64,000 nucleotides of DNA from a bacterium (GTDB lineage Bacteria > Patescibacteriota > Minisyncoccia > Phycocordibacterales > UBA9973), in NCBI GenBank assembly GCA_037200905.1, contig JBBCGN010000005.1, forward strand, positions 29,535-93,534, written 5' to 3'. The notes under the pieces are model-generated. The model was not told where the DNA came from and did not search any database. It worked only from the letters and a program-made list of their open reading frames with translations. The translations under genes and the position numbers were made by a program. Of the stretch, positions 19,273-29,001 are shown one piece after another; positions within the stretch are counted from its first letter, which is position 1, and each line of letters opens with the position of its first letter.

Positions 19273-20940
19273 CAAGAAACTCATCGTTCAAGAATAAGAT
19301 AAGTGATTTCCGGCCGCGCTTCCGCGAAGGGAAATTCTTCAAGGACAGGAAGAATGTCTTTCTCTTTTCGTGCGCCATGCTGGCGGTCATCATCGTGGCC
19401 CTCGTCATCGGCTTGCGGCATGAAAATCCTGGCATCGTGGCCACGAACGAAGGCGATCCTGCAGACCTCGCCCTCGCCCAGTTCCAGGACAAGAAGACGA
19501 GTACGCCGTCGACCGCGATAGACACGAGCGCATCAGCGAACAAGGGCAAGAAAGGCAAGGCGAATTCGGCAGCTCCCAAACGCGCCGCGGCCGGCAGCCT
19601 GCGCCCTGTCGCTCTCGCTCTCGCCCCGGCAGAAGGCTATCGTCTCCGGCGGAAATATCGACTACGCCATGACGCTCACGAACAGCGGCTCCGTGGCCTG
19701 CCAGAATGCCAGCATCTCCTCTATTATGCCGATAACGAGACATTCGTGTCCGCGAGCCCTGCCGCTACTTCGTCCAATTATTATTGGAGCATCGGCACGC
19801 TGGCGGGCGGCGCCCAGAAAACTTTTTCTATGACTACTACCAGCAATGATTCCGGCGCAACGAGCGTGGATACCGAAGCCTGCGCCACTGCGGACAACGG
19901 CCAGGATTCCTGTTCCGATTCTTCCGTCGCTTTCGGCAGCGCCGTAGTGGCAAATACCGATGCTCCCGCGGTCGCAAAGACCGGCGGCATCACCTTGCCG
20001 AAACTTTCCGGACATATTCCCTGCCAAGCAAACGGCTGCACCTGTCGCTCTTGGTGACAGAGAATACGGCACATGGGTCTGGGTCACGCCCGACGCGCAT
20101 CACCAAGACGTATGCGAATACCGTCGTCGATGCCGCCGCGGCGAACAGGATCAATGCCATATACGTGACGTTTGACGACTATCTTGAGATCAACGCCCTG
20201 CCTGCCGGCGCGAACAAGGATGCGAAGATAAAAGCGTATTCGGATGCCGTGCAGAGCTTCGTCGAGATCGCCAGAGCCAAAGGCATCGCTGTCGATGCCG
20301 AGGCCGGTGCTCGCGACTGGGGCGAGCCGGGAAAACCACAGCAAGGCTTTTGCCATCATCGACTACGTAGCTTCGTACAATGCGACCCACCCGAATGCTC
20401 CGATCCGCGGCTTCCAGTTCGATGTCGAGTCGTACCTCCTGCCTTCATATGACAATGACAAGGCCGGCACGCTGACGAAATTCGTCTCGCTCGTCGCGGA
20501 GACGGCCGCGCACATGAGCGGCATGAACTGCGCTTTGCCGTCGTCCTTCCGCACTTCTACGACGGGGCCATCGGCTGGACGCCGAGCCTGACGTATGCCG
20601 GCACTTCAGGCCATGCATTCGAACAGGTGCTCAATATCCTCGACAAGCGCGCCCGACAGTTCCATCATCATCATGGCGTACAGAAACTTTTCAGAAGGTA
20701 CCAACGGTTCGATCGATCTCTCGAACGCGAAGTAAATGAAGCATCAGGCGCGGGGCATACCACGCGCATCATCGTGGCTCAGGAGACGGGTAATGTCGAT
20801 CCGGACTATGTCACTTTTTATGGCATGACAAAAAATCAGTATCTCGCCAAGTGAATCTGATCATCAATGCATTCAGCGGCCAGTCCAGATTCGGAGGCAT
20901 CGCCGTGCACTATATCGATCCGTTTCTCGAGCTCAACTAG
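19269..20940 (+). CDS. membrane-anchored surface protein: DUF11-like repeat + TIM-barrel-like putative glycoside hydrolase domain; at least 6 apparent frameshifts
   Basis: Fragments 19269.., 20051.., 20244.., 20627.. and a final piece ending ...GGIAVHYIDPFLELN* join. One segment (TLTNSGSVACQNASIS..YYADNETFVSASP...YYWSIGTLAGGAQKTF) looks like a DUF11 repeat. The domain call for the remainder is weak. Confidence 0.5.
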
Positions 20941-20950
20941 GAGAGAGCTT

Positions 20951-21486
20951 TCAGATTTTCCGCCGCCCTCGTCGCGGAGGATCTTGTGCGCCAGGCCCCA
21001 TGTTCACCGCTTCTTCGGCAGTGAGTATGGTGCTGCGCCGCATGAGTTCGAGTATTTTCTTGATAGTGAATTTTCCTCCCGTGGCGTCGGAAATGACCGA
21101 CGCGTACTGCAGGTCTTTCAGCGGTCTTCCTTGAGCATGTTTTCCATCTCGAGCGTGGTAAAGCGCTTGCCGCCCTCGAACGTCCTGCCGCCCAGGTGCA
21201 ACAGCATGGTCGTGTTCGGCATCAGGTACCGCTTTTCTCCCGCCAGGAAGACGATAATGCCGGAGGAATCTACGTCGCCGGTACCTATGGTGCAGAGCTT
21301 CGGACGGAGCAAGGTCTTTACCGTATCGTAAAATGAGAGCCCGATGCCTGTCGGCCCTCCGAACGAGTTCACGAGGAGATGTATCGGAGCCTGCGGATCT
21401 TTCTGCAATAATTCTTTCATGCCTCCGAGCACGTGCTCGAGATTGCCGTAGCTCACTCCGCCGAACCACTCGAGCGTGCGGCTCAT
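20951..21486 (-). CDS. ClpP/serine-protease-like (ClpP-crotonase fold) protein, at least 1 apparent frameshift near 21120
   Basis: IHLLVNSFGGPTGIGLSFYDTVKTL...IGTGDVDSSGIIVFLAGEKRYLMPNTTMLLHLGG parallels ClpP blocks (GG...Y D, Ser, His). The C-terminal part is in the frame of ORF 20951..21469. Confidence 0.6.
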
Positions 21487-21654
21487 GTCGGGAACATATG
21501 ACGGCTGGTTTTAAATGTGCGTGCAGTTTTCACTGCTGTGTTTGAACGTGTATTCATTTATTCTCTATGTAATTTTTATGATAATACAACGTATTATATC
21601 TTCGGCAAAAAGCTCTGCAAGCGCGACAGTAGAATACGAAAACCTGCATGCATG

Positions 21655-21684
21655 AAAAGAAAAACCCTCTCCGTAAGAAGAGGG
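21655..21684 (-). terminator. rho-independent terminator of the KGG-repeat gene
   Basis: The minus strand reads CCCTCT-TCTTACGG-AGAGGG followed by TTTTTCTTTT. Confidence 0.55.
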
Positions 21685-21746
21685 AAAAGCTTCGCTTTTT
21701 TTGAGATATGTAATTGTATAGAGTTAGGAAAAATGAAGTTCGGGCT

Positions 21747-21989
21747 TTACCAGTTGTTGTCTTTGGTGGTATCGCTCGTATTCGTATTGCTGTTGTTGCT
21801 TCGGGCCTGGCCGCCCTTTCGTCCCGCTTCTCTCGCCTCTTCGGAATCGAATTCATGCGCGTTGCCGCTCTGGTGCGCAGCCTTGCCGCCCTTGCTCGCT
21901 ATTTCCCTCTGCTCGTTCTCGTCCATCGCGGCAAAGCCTCTCTTGCTGCGATTCGTGTTGTCATTGTTAATGTTGTTGTTATTGTCCAT
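21747..21989 (-). CDS. general stress protein with KGG repeats (YciG/Con-10-like)
   Basis: RGFAAMDENEQREIASKGGKAAHQSGNAHEFDSEEAREAGRKGG matches the KGG stress-protein repeat. The ATG at 21989 is preferred because the ORF-track start is a TTG. Confidence 0.82.
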   Translation of the reverse strand: MDNNNNINNDNTNRSKRGFAAMDENEQREIASKGGKAAHQSGNAHEFDSEEAREAGRKGGQARSNNSNTNTSDTTKDNNW

Positions 21990-22224
21990 ATGATTTTGCA
22001 ATCACGTCGCGCAAGTCCTATGGGCGCGACGCTACTCGATTAAATAATTAGTAAGTGTGCTGCGCGCAGCTGCCTGCTGCAATTATTGCTTATAATTATT
22101 CGACCTTCATATACGGAGCCGACACTATTCATATCCTCTTACAAAAAATATGTGGTGTAATTTGGAAGACATAATCCTGCGGAATGTAATTCGGAATTCC
22201 GGGTCTTTTTTATTGCGCAAAACA

Positions 22225-22250
22225 AAAAACGCCCCATCGGGCGTTTTTCT
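22225..22250. terminator. bidirectional terminator hairpin
   Basis: AAAAAACGCCCC-ATC-GGGCGTTTTT has an A-run upstream and a T-run downstream. It lies 9 nt past the stop of the minus-strand DUF1059-like gene. Confidence 0.6.
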
Positions 22251-22258
22251 TTTTGTTG

Positions 22259-22506
22259 CTATACGGTCGCTGCTGGAGCTTCCGGTGCTGCGTCTTCGGG
22301 GGTAGCTTCCCAATCAGCCTTGAATTTGGCTGACCAATTCAACCATTTTCGGGTCGTCCATCGGGGTCCGCTTGATGTCGGCAGCCATTTCAGGATGCTT
22401 TTCCTCGACGTGCTGCATGCCTTTTGTCATCATTTCTTCGGATGTTGCGGCAGAGACCTTCTCTTCGCACGGTCCGCCCATCTGGGGCGCATGTCATTGT
22501 TTTCAT
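22259..22506 (-). CDS. DUF1059-like small protein, 2 apparent frameshifts
   Basis: Joining the frames gives MKTMTCAQMGGPCEEKVSAATSEEMMTKGMQHVEEKHPEMAADIKRTPMDDPKMVELVSQIQ.ADWEATPEDAAPEAPAATV. The pattern MK..C...G..C....A.T.EE......H....HP is as I recall for DUF1059. Confidence 0.55.
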
Positions 22507-22564
22507 AAGTTTTAAATTTAGTTTAGTTAGTATGCTAAGTCTTTCGACCGCACACAGTATAGCA

Positions 22565-23146
22565 CTAGCCCTGCTTCTTGAGCCAGGCTACCATCTTGTC
22601 GAAGGTGGCGGGCCTGCGAAGCCGTCGGCCTTGAGGCCCTGGTCTTTCTGGAACGACGCCACGGCTTTCTGGGTGCTCGCGCCGTAGTCGTTGTCGATCT
22701 TGTTCGAAGTCTTGAAGTAGAGGTTCAGGAATTTCTGCACGTTGCCCACGCTCGCATCGGCCTCTTTGGCCTTCATGGTCACGCCTTCTTCGACAGGGCT
22801 TGCAGGGCGGTGATGAGGCTCTGATTCTTGTATGTCGTCCCTGTCGTTGCCGGTTTGCTTGGAGCCGGCGCCGGAGGCTGGTCAGCCTCCGGCTGGGACG
22901 CTGGCATCGGGTTCGCGTCTACTGCCGGCAGAGGGTTTGCCGGCTGGGGCGCTACGGCGCTGATCTGTCCCGACATGTCCGCCATCTGGTCTTTCAGGGC
23001 GGCATTTTCCGCCTGCAGCTCTTTCATCATCTGCGCCGTCTTGAACTCGCTGCGGATTGCAGGCTGGTGGCGGCCCAATAGCCGACGAGTCCGAGCACGC
23101 CGAGGACGGCTACGATAAACAATGCGGACTTCAACGTATCTATCAT
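22565..23146 (-). CDS. membrane-anchored protein with C-terminal peptidoglycan-binding (PG_binding_1-like) domain, 2-3 apparent frameshifts
   Basis: It starts MIDTLKSALFIVAVLGVLGLVGYW (TM), followed by a coiled coil and a P-rich linker. The PG-binding-like part reads VGNVQKFLNLYF...DNDYGASTQKAVASFQKDQGLKADGFAGPATFDKMVAWLKKQG*, the last part recovered in a shifted frame. Confidence 0.6.
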
Positions 23147-23286
23147 GCTTCTTATTATATCACTGAAATCGGAGCAATACAGCACCGGAGAGTTGTCCTT
23201 GACACTGATTGAAAATGATGTAGCATGAGAACGAAACAACATCCGTCCCGTCACAGCACGGGGCATAACTTTTAAAACATAGTTCT

Positions 23287-23596
23287 ATGCAAACAAAAAA
23301 AATCACAGCGAACGCTGTGCACCCTCTTGCGGATCACTTTATCAAGCCGATCGGCAATTGGTCAGAATGGATGAGGACGATGGTGTCTTGCCACATCCTA
23401 CGATGAGTTGCTGGGCTTGCTGCATTGCGGTTTTGACGTAGTCATACGCGAAAGTAATGGATCTGAATTTTATCACGACGAATGCCTGCAATTCTATTTC
23501 CAAGTCGCCAACGGCTGGTATGACGGCAAGCCGTATAGGCTTAGGTGTCGCTTTGGGCCTCTGATTTCTCTTTGGCCTTTGGCGGTGTTACCCTAA
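23287..23596 (+). CDS. hypothetical protein, one apparent frameshift near 23400
   Basis: The ATG at 23287 (MQTKKITANAVHPLADHFIKPIGNWSEW...) joins ORF 23408..23596. The total length mod 3 equals 1, consistent with a single indel. No family was recognised. Confidence 0.3.
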
Positions 23597-23665
23597 AATC
23601 CGGTTAGTAAATAAATTTAAGTTGTACAGGGATACTACTATATATGGGCCGGAAACGCAAGCATA

Positions 23666-23694
23666 TAAAAAACCCGTCAGATAGGACGGGTTTT
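23666..23694. terminator. bidirectional terminator hairpin
   Basis: AAAAAACCCGTC-AGATAG-GACGGGTTTTGG. It overlaps the last codons of the minus-strand ORF. Confidence 0.55.
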
Positions 23695-24744
23695 GGCTTT
23701 GTCTTTGAACATTTTCGGCCGGTATTCTTCGAAGAATTGCATGAAGACCTCGTTCGTCAGCTTTACGTCTTCTTTCACATTCTTGTGGAGCCAGTCGTGC
23801 ATGTAGAGGTTCTGAGCGATCAGCATCTTGGAAAATTTCAAGAAAGAGAAATTTTGCTTTTGCATGGCTTTCAGAAGCGTCTTTTTGAAATCTTTGTGGC
23901 TGAGCCATAAGATGGGGTTGTGTATTGCCACGCTCGTGTGCTCTATCATTACCCCTTTCGGGGCAATGGCATAATCCACATCCTTGCTAGGCGTAACCCA
24001 GACAGCCTGGGCCCTATAGTGTTCCGGCATGTCTTCGGCCGTTTTGGCGGATGCCAGGATGCGGTTGTAGACAATGATTTGATGCTTCTGTACGAATGTA
24101 GAGAAGTAGTTCACATACATATACGCGCTTTCTCCTTTGCTGTAGGAATTGATCATCCTGTACGAAAATACTTCGTCGTATTTCTGTACGAGTTCCGGCA
24201 GGAGGCACAGATCATTGCGGAATGTTTCCGTCAGAATCTCATGGAACAGGGTCGTCTTTATGAGATTGCTGCGTATGGTCACTTCGATATCGCCTTTGTC
24301 GCTTTGCACGAAATACCAAGGCACGATGGCGTCGATGATATCCTGTATGACTGATACGTCTTCGCGCTTCACGATGGGACTGCCGGGCACTAAGGAAAAT
24401 CCGATTCTTTTCGGCACGATTTTCTGTTCGGCGAGAAATGTTCTGTATCTCTTCTGCAAACAGTTTTGCGTTGCCGGGCAGGCGGACGCCCTTGGCAGTT
24501 TCAAACCGGCTCATATGTATGATTTCCGGGTGCGAGAGCGTCGGCGCAAGGCCGAACGATGAAGTGAAGTGCAGATCGTATTCATGGCCTTTTTTCTTGT
24601 AGGCGTGTTCGAGGAAAGAAAATGTTTCTTGGACTTTCGGATCGATGGCAGTGGCTATCGGCGAGTCATCTCGGCGGGCGAGAGGACAGGCGGGCAGCCT
24701 TGTTCGCAGGTCTTTTCAGCGGGAAAGAGTTCGATGGAGTGCAT
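23677..24744 (-). CDS. AT-rich orphan protein (about 355 aa), two compensating apparent frameshifts in the 5' quarter
   Basis: ORF 23677..24504 plus the ATG at 24744 (MHSIELFPAEKTCEQGCPP...). A middle piece lies in the frame of ORF 24239..24514 (…AYKKKGHEYDLHFTSSFGLAPTLSHPEIIHMSRFETAKGVRLPGNAKLF). No family was recognised. Confidence 0.5.
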
Positions 24745-24857
24745 GTGTTTTTATTTAGTTTTAAAGAATAGTTTTTTCGGATTTAAATCTACCAGAAAAA
24801 CCCAAATTTGTCAAGTAGGGTAAAGGTATTTTCAATTCTGGCTCCCGAAAATTTATG

Positions 24858-24886
24858 TTGTAAAATTGATGCATCGGGAGTATACT
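24858..24886 (+). promoter_or_regulatory. promoter placing the TSS at or next to the ATG (leaderless)
   Basis: TTGTAA (24858-24863), a 17-nt spacer, then TATACT (24881-24886). The ATG at 24894 is only 7 nt after the -10 box. Confidence 0.45.
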
Positions 24887-24893
24887 AGAGGCA

Positions 24894-25520
24894 ATGATTA
24901 TCACGTATTTCGGCAAACAATTTTTCAAGGTGGCCCAGGGCGAGATGGTCATCGCTTTCAACCCTGTCAGCAAAAGCTCGAAAACGGGGCATCGCCGCGA
25001 AGTTCGGTTCCGATATCGCGCTCGTCACTACCAATCATCCTGACTACAACGGCGTCGAGCAGCTCTCGCACGGCGAGCGTGCTCCGTTCATCATCAGTCT
25101 CCCGGCGACTACGAAGTGAAAGAAATTTTCGTCAAAGGCCTGCTCGCCGAAGCCATGATCGGCGGCAAGAAATTCATCGATACTATCTATACGCTGACGG
25201 TGGACAATATCAACATCGTCTTTCTGGGCGCGCTTTCTACCGAAGACCTCGAAAAGGATGCCCGCGAGGAGATCGCCGAGCCCGATATCCTCTTCATCCC
25301 GATCGGCGGCAACGGCCTGCTCGATGCCAAGGCGGCTGCCAAGCTCGCCTCGAGCCTCGAGCCGAAGCTTGTCATACCCATGGACTACGATGCCGCTTCT
25401 CTGAAAGCCTTTCTCAAGGAGATGGGCGACGAGAAAGCCGAGACGGTGGACAAGCTCACCCTCAAGCGCAAGGATCTGGAAAACAAGGAGGGCGACGTGG
25501 TAGTATTAGCACAAGCATAG
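24894..25520 (+). CDS. metallo-beta-lactamase-fold hydrolase (UPF0173-like), 2 compensating apparent frameshifts
   Basis: MIITYFGKQFFKVAQGEMVIAFNP... then (shifted frame) ...FGSDIALVTTNHPDYNGVEQL..., and ORF 25116..25520 ends ...ILFIPIGGNGLLDAKAAAKLASSLEPKLVIPMDY. Confidence 0.65.
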
Positions 25521-25532
25521 CGCATCAATGCC

Positions 25533-25872
25533 ATGACACACCCCATCATCCACAGATTGCGAAAACATCCGGAGCACGTGCGAAGAAAGATCCTCTTCGT
25601 GGCGACCGCCGTATCGTTCGGCATCCTCTTGGTGCTCTGGGGCATCAGCGCCGGATACCGGGTGGCGGACGTGCAGACCAAGACCGCCATCAAGTCCGAC
25701 CTGAAGCGCCATCAAGTCCGACCTGAAGCCGTTCGCCATGCTCAAGGCGAGCGTCTTCGACAGCGCGGGCAAGCTGACCTGGCCGTTCGGCAAGAAAGAA
25801 ACGCCGGGCGCTATCGTGCCCGGCGATGGCGCGTCTATCGAAGCTAACGGCACGGATGCAGCGAATCAATAG
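25533..25872 (+). CDS. small membrane protein upstream of gyrA, disrupted by a 22-bp tandem duplication
   Basis: [42 protein letters not shown] contains a TM. Removing one copy of the 22-bp repeat restores a 105-codon ORF ending ...[16 protein letters not shown] at 25872. Confidence 0.55.
25686..25729 (+). repeat. perfect 22-bp tandem duplication (2 copies)
   Basis: GCCATCAAGTCCGACCTGAAGC at 25686-25707 is repeated exactly at 25708-25729. Confidence 0.95.
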
Positions 25873-25874
25873 GT

Positions 25875-28334
25875 ATGGCAAAAAAGATCGAACAACCAGC
25901 GGAAGAGATTCCTCACGTTAATATTCTCCCCGTCGATATCGTGGCGGAAATGAAAGAATCCTACTTGGCGTATGCCATGTCGGTTATTACTGCGCGCGCA
26001 TTGCCTGATGTCCGCGACGGCCTCAAGCCGGTCCACCGCCGCATCCTTTTTGCCATGAACGAGCTCGGCCTCGCTTCCACTGCGCGTTTCCGCAAGTCTG
26101 CGCTCGTAGTGGGCGATGTGCTCGGAAAATACCATCCGCACGGCGATACCGCAGTATACGACTCCATGGTGGGCATGGCCCAGGAATTCTCGTACCGCTA
26201 CCCGCTGGTCCTGGGCCAGGGAAACTTCGGCTCGATCGACGGCGACAATGCCGCGGCCATGCGCTATACCGAGGCCAAGATGTCAAAAATCTCTTCGGAG
26301 TTCTTGCGCGACCTCGAGAAGGAGACGGTGGATTTCCGTCCGAACTATGACCAGACCCGCAAGGAGCCGACCGTTTTTCCCACTGCGGTACCAGGACTCC
26401 TTTTGAACGGCACGCTCGGCATCGCCGTCGGTATGGCCACAAACATTCCTCCGCATAACTTGGCGGAAGTCTGCGACGCTACAAACCACCTCATCGACAA
26501 TCCTGAAGCCACCACCGAAGACTTGATGGAATTTATAAAGGGTCCTGATTTCCCGACGGGCGGTATTGCCTACGGCTACAAAGACATGTTGCATGCGTAT
26601 TCGAGCGGCCGCGGAGGCGTGGTGTGCCGTGGCGAAGCGGAAATCGTCGACAATGAAAAAGGCAATTCTCAGATCATCATCACGTCCATCCCGTACCGCG
26701 TGAACAAATCGAACCTTATCGTTTCCATCGCCGAACTGGTGCAAGAAAAAAAGCTCGAAGGCATCAAGGGCCTGCGCGACGAATCCGCCAAGGACATACG
26801 CGTGGTCATCGATCTCAAGAACGGCATCGTGCCCGAAAAAGTCCTGAACTATATCTATAAGAACACTCAGCTCGAATCCAATTTCAATTTCAATATCGTG
26901 GCTCTCGTCGACGGCGTGCCGCAGACGCTTTCCCTCAAATCCATCCTTTCCGAATTCATCTCCCATCGCAAGGAGATCGTCAGACGCCGCACCATCTATG
27001 ATCTGCGCCGTGCCGAAGAGCGCGAGCACATCCTGCTCGGACTCAAAAAAGCCCTCGACAAGATCGATCGCGTCATCACCATCATCCGCGGCTCGAAGAA
27101 CTCCGAAGCGGCAAAGGAGAACCTCATCAAGGAATTCAAATTCTCTGATCTGCAGGCGACCGCTATCCTCGAGATGCGCTTGTCCAAGCTCGCAGGCCTC
27201 GAACGCAAGGCGGTGGAAGAGGAACTGGCAGAAAAACAGAAATTCATCGCCGAAATGAAAGAATTATTGGCGAGTCCGAAGAAGATTCTTTCTACTATCT
27301 CAAGAGAGCTCAAGGAAATCCGCGAGAAATACGCCGACGAACGCAGGACAAAGATCATCAAAGGGGGAGTGAAGGAGATTTCCGACGAAGACCTCATTCC
27401 TGACAAGGAAACCGTGCTCGTGCTCACTGCAGGCGGCTACGTAAAGCGCACCGATCCGAGCGAATACCGCGCCCAGAAGCGCGGCGGCGTCGGCGTAGTG
27501 GACCTCGAGACCAAGGAAGAAGATTTCGTCACCATGCTCGTGTCCGGTTCCACTCACAGCGATCTTTTGTTCTTCACGAACCTGGGCAAGGCATACCAGA
27601 TGAAGATGTACGACATACCGGAAGGCCGCCGCGCCACCAAGGGCAAGTCCATCATGAATTTCCTCTCTCTTTCCGCTGACGAAAAAGTAAACTCCATCTT
27701 GTCCATGCCGAAAGAAGCAAAGAACAATTCCGTATCGCTGATGCTCATCACCAAGGACGGCACCGCCAAGAAGATGTCTTCGGCCTCGTTCAAGGACGTG
27801 CGCAGGAGCGGCATCATCGCCATCCGCCTCGAAAAGGGCGACAGCCTCGTCTCGGCCCTGCTCACCGACAAGAGCGATGACGTCATGCTCGCCACTTCCG
27901 GCGGCCAGTCCATCCGCTTCAAGGAGTCCGACATCCGCGAGATGGGCAGGACGGCCGGCGGCGTGCGCGGCATCAAGCTCGCCAAGGGCGACATCGTCAT
28001 GGGCGTCGACGTCATCAGGGGCGGGAAAGACGACGGCTTCTTCCTGACCATGAGCGACAACGGCTTCGGCAAGAAGACCGCTCTCAAGGAATACAAGGTC
28101 CAGAAGCGCGGCGGCTCCGGCATCAAGACCGCCAAAGTCACCGCGAAGACCGGCAAACTGATGGTGGCCAAGGTTCTCGCAGGCACGGAAGAAGAATTGA
28201 TCGCCATGTCGAAGAAGGGCCAGGTCATCCGCACCGCCCTCAAAGACATCTCCGCCCTCGGCCGCCAGACCCAAGGGGTGACCATCATGCGCCTGCGCGC
28301 CGGAGACAGCATCGCGTCACTGGCATGCGTCTAG
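25875..28334 (+). CDS. gyrA: DNA gyrase subunit A
   Basis: Intact ORF of 819 aa. Motifs present: [42 protein letters not shown], and a C-terminal beta-pinwheel repeat region. Confidence 0.97.
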   Translation: MAKKIEQPAEEIPHVNILPVDIVAEMKESYLAYAMSVITARALPDVRDGLKPVHRRILFAMNELGLASTARFRKSALVVGDVLGKYHPHGDTAVYDSMVGMAQEFSYRYPLVLGQGNFGSIDGDNAAAMRYTEAKMSKISSEFLRDLEKETVDFRPNYDQTRKEPTVFPTAVPGLLLNGTLGIAVGMATNIPPHNLAEVCDATNHLIDNPEATTEDLMEFIKGPDFPTGGIAYGYKDMLHAYSSGRGGVVCRGEAEIVDNEKGNSQIIITSIPYRVNKSNLIVSIAELVQEKKLEGIKGLRDESAKDIRVVIDLKNGIVPEKVLNYIYKNTQLESNFNFNIVALVDGVPQTLSLKSILSEFISHRKEIVRRRTIYDLRRAEEREHILLGLKKALDKIDRVITIIRGSKNSEAAKENLIKEFKFSDLQATAILEMRLSKLAGLERKAVEEELAEKQKFIAEMKELLASPKKILSTISRELKEIREKYADERRTKIIKGGVKEISDEDLIPDKETVLVLTAGGYVKRTDPSEYRAQKRGGVGVVDLETKEEDFVTMLVSGSTHSDLLFFTNLGKAYQMKMYDIPEGRRATKGKSIMNFLSLSADEKVNSILSMPKEAKNNSVSLMLITKDGTAKKMSSASFKDVRRSGIIAIRLEKGDSLVSALLTDKSDDVMLATSGGQSIRFKESDIREMGRTAGGVRGIKLAKGDIVMGVDVIRGGKDDGFFLTMSDNGFGKKTALKEYKVQKRGGSGIKTAKVTAKTGKLMVAKVLAGTEEELIAMSKKGQVIRTALKDISALGRQTQGVTIMRLRAGDSIASLACV

Positions 28335-28395
28335 CATTTTCCTGTGCATAAGATCCCTCGTGTTTTCCAGACGTACAAATGGTACAATAGAGGAT

Positions 28396-28924
28396 ATGTT
28401 TTCTGACCCGCTGAAAAATTTAAGAGCCTTCGGCTTGCGGGAAGATATGATTGTCGCCGATCTCGGCGCGGGGACGGGCTTTTACGCCCTCGCCGCGGCG
28501 AGCTTAGTGCCTTCGGGCAAAGTCTACGCGATCGAGATCCAGAAAGATTATCTCGCGACGATACAAAACAAGGCGAAAGAGGCGAAAGTCGCCAATCTCG
28601 AATGCATCTGGGGGCAACATCGAAAAGCCGGGCGGCACCAAGCTCGGAGATGCCGCTATCGATGCGGTCATCGCTTCCAACGTATTCTTCCAAGTCGAGA
28701 ACAAGGACCGCTTCATCGAGGAAGCCAAGCGCATCCTGAAGCCGGAAGGCAGGATCCTTTTCGTCGACTGGTCGGAGAGTTCCGCTCTCGGCCCCAAGCA
28801 GGCTGCGTTGGTGACCAAGGAGAAAGCTCGCGAACTTTTCGAGACCAAGGGCTTCGTATTCGACCGCGACATTGACGCGGGCGAGCACCATTATGGTATG
28901 ATATTCAAAAAACCGGCCATATGA
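28396..28924 (+). CDS. class I SAM-dependent methyltransferase, one apparent frameshift near 28613
   Basis: IVADLGAGTGFYALAAA is SAM motif I. After ...NLECIWG the continuation NIEKPGGTKLGDAAIDAVIASNVFFQVENKDRFIEEAKRILKPEGRILFVDW... is in another frame. Length mod 3 equals 1. Confidence 0.7.
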
Positions 28925-29001
28925 ATCCCGTTAGAGATCCATCAATCTTTATGAACCAAGCAAAACTATTACAAACTATGCAAAGTAATTTCTAACGGGA
29001 T
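28925..29001 (+). promoter_or_regulatory. 11-bp perfect inverted repeat whose right arm covers the SBP start codon
   Basis: ATCCCGTTAGA (28925-28935) pairs with TCTAACGGGAT (28991-29001); the ATG is at 29000. A 24-codon ORF (28921-28995) lies between the arms. Confidence 0.35.

Noticed and set aside
21517-22043. Plus-strand ORFs 21517..21993 and 21714..22043, and minus-strand ORF 21554..21856
   Set aside because: They are antisense to, or overlap, the well-supported KGG-repeat stress-protein gene (21747..21989) and its terminator. Their sequences are low-complexity Leu/Ser-rich.
4473-25872. Alternative genetic code (e.g. UGA recoding as in some CPR lineages) or programmed frameshifting as the cause of the broken genes
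   Set aside because: The breaks are frame changes, not in-frame stop codons. TGA, TAA and TAG all terminate intact conserved genes in the window, e.g. infA and the methyltransferase with TGA. The breaks have no shared slippery motif.
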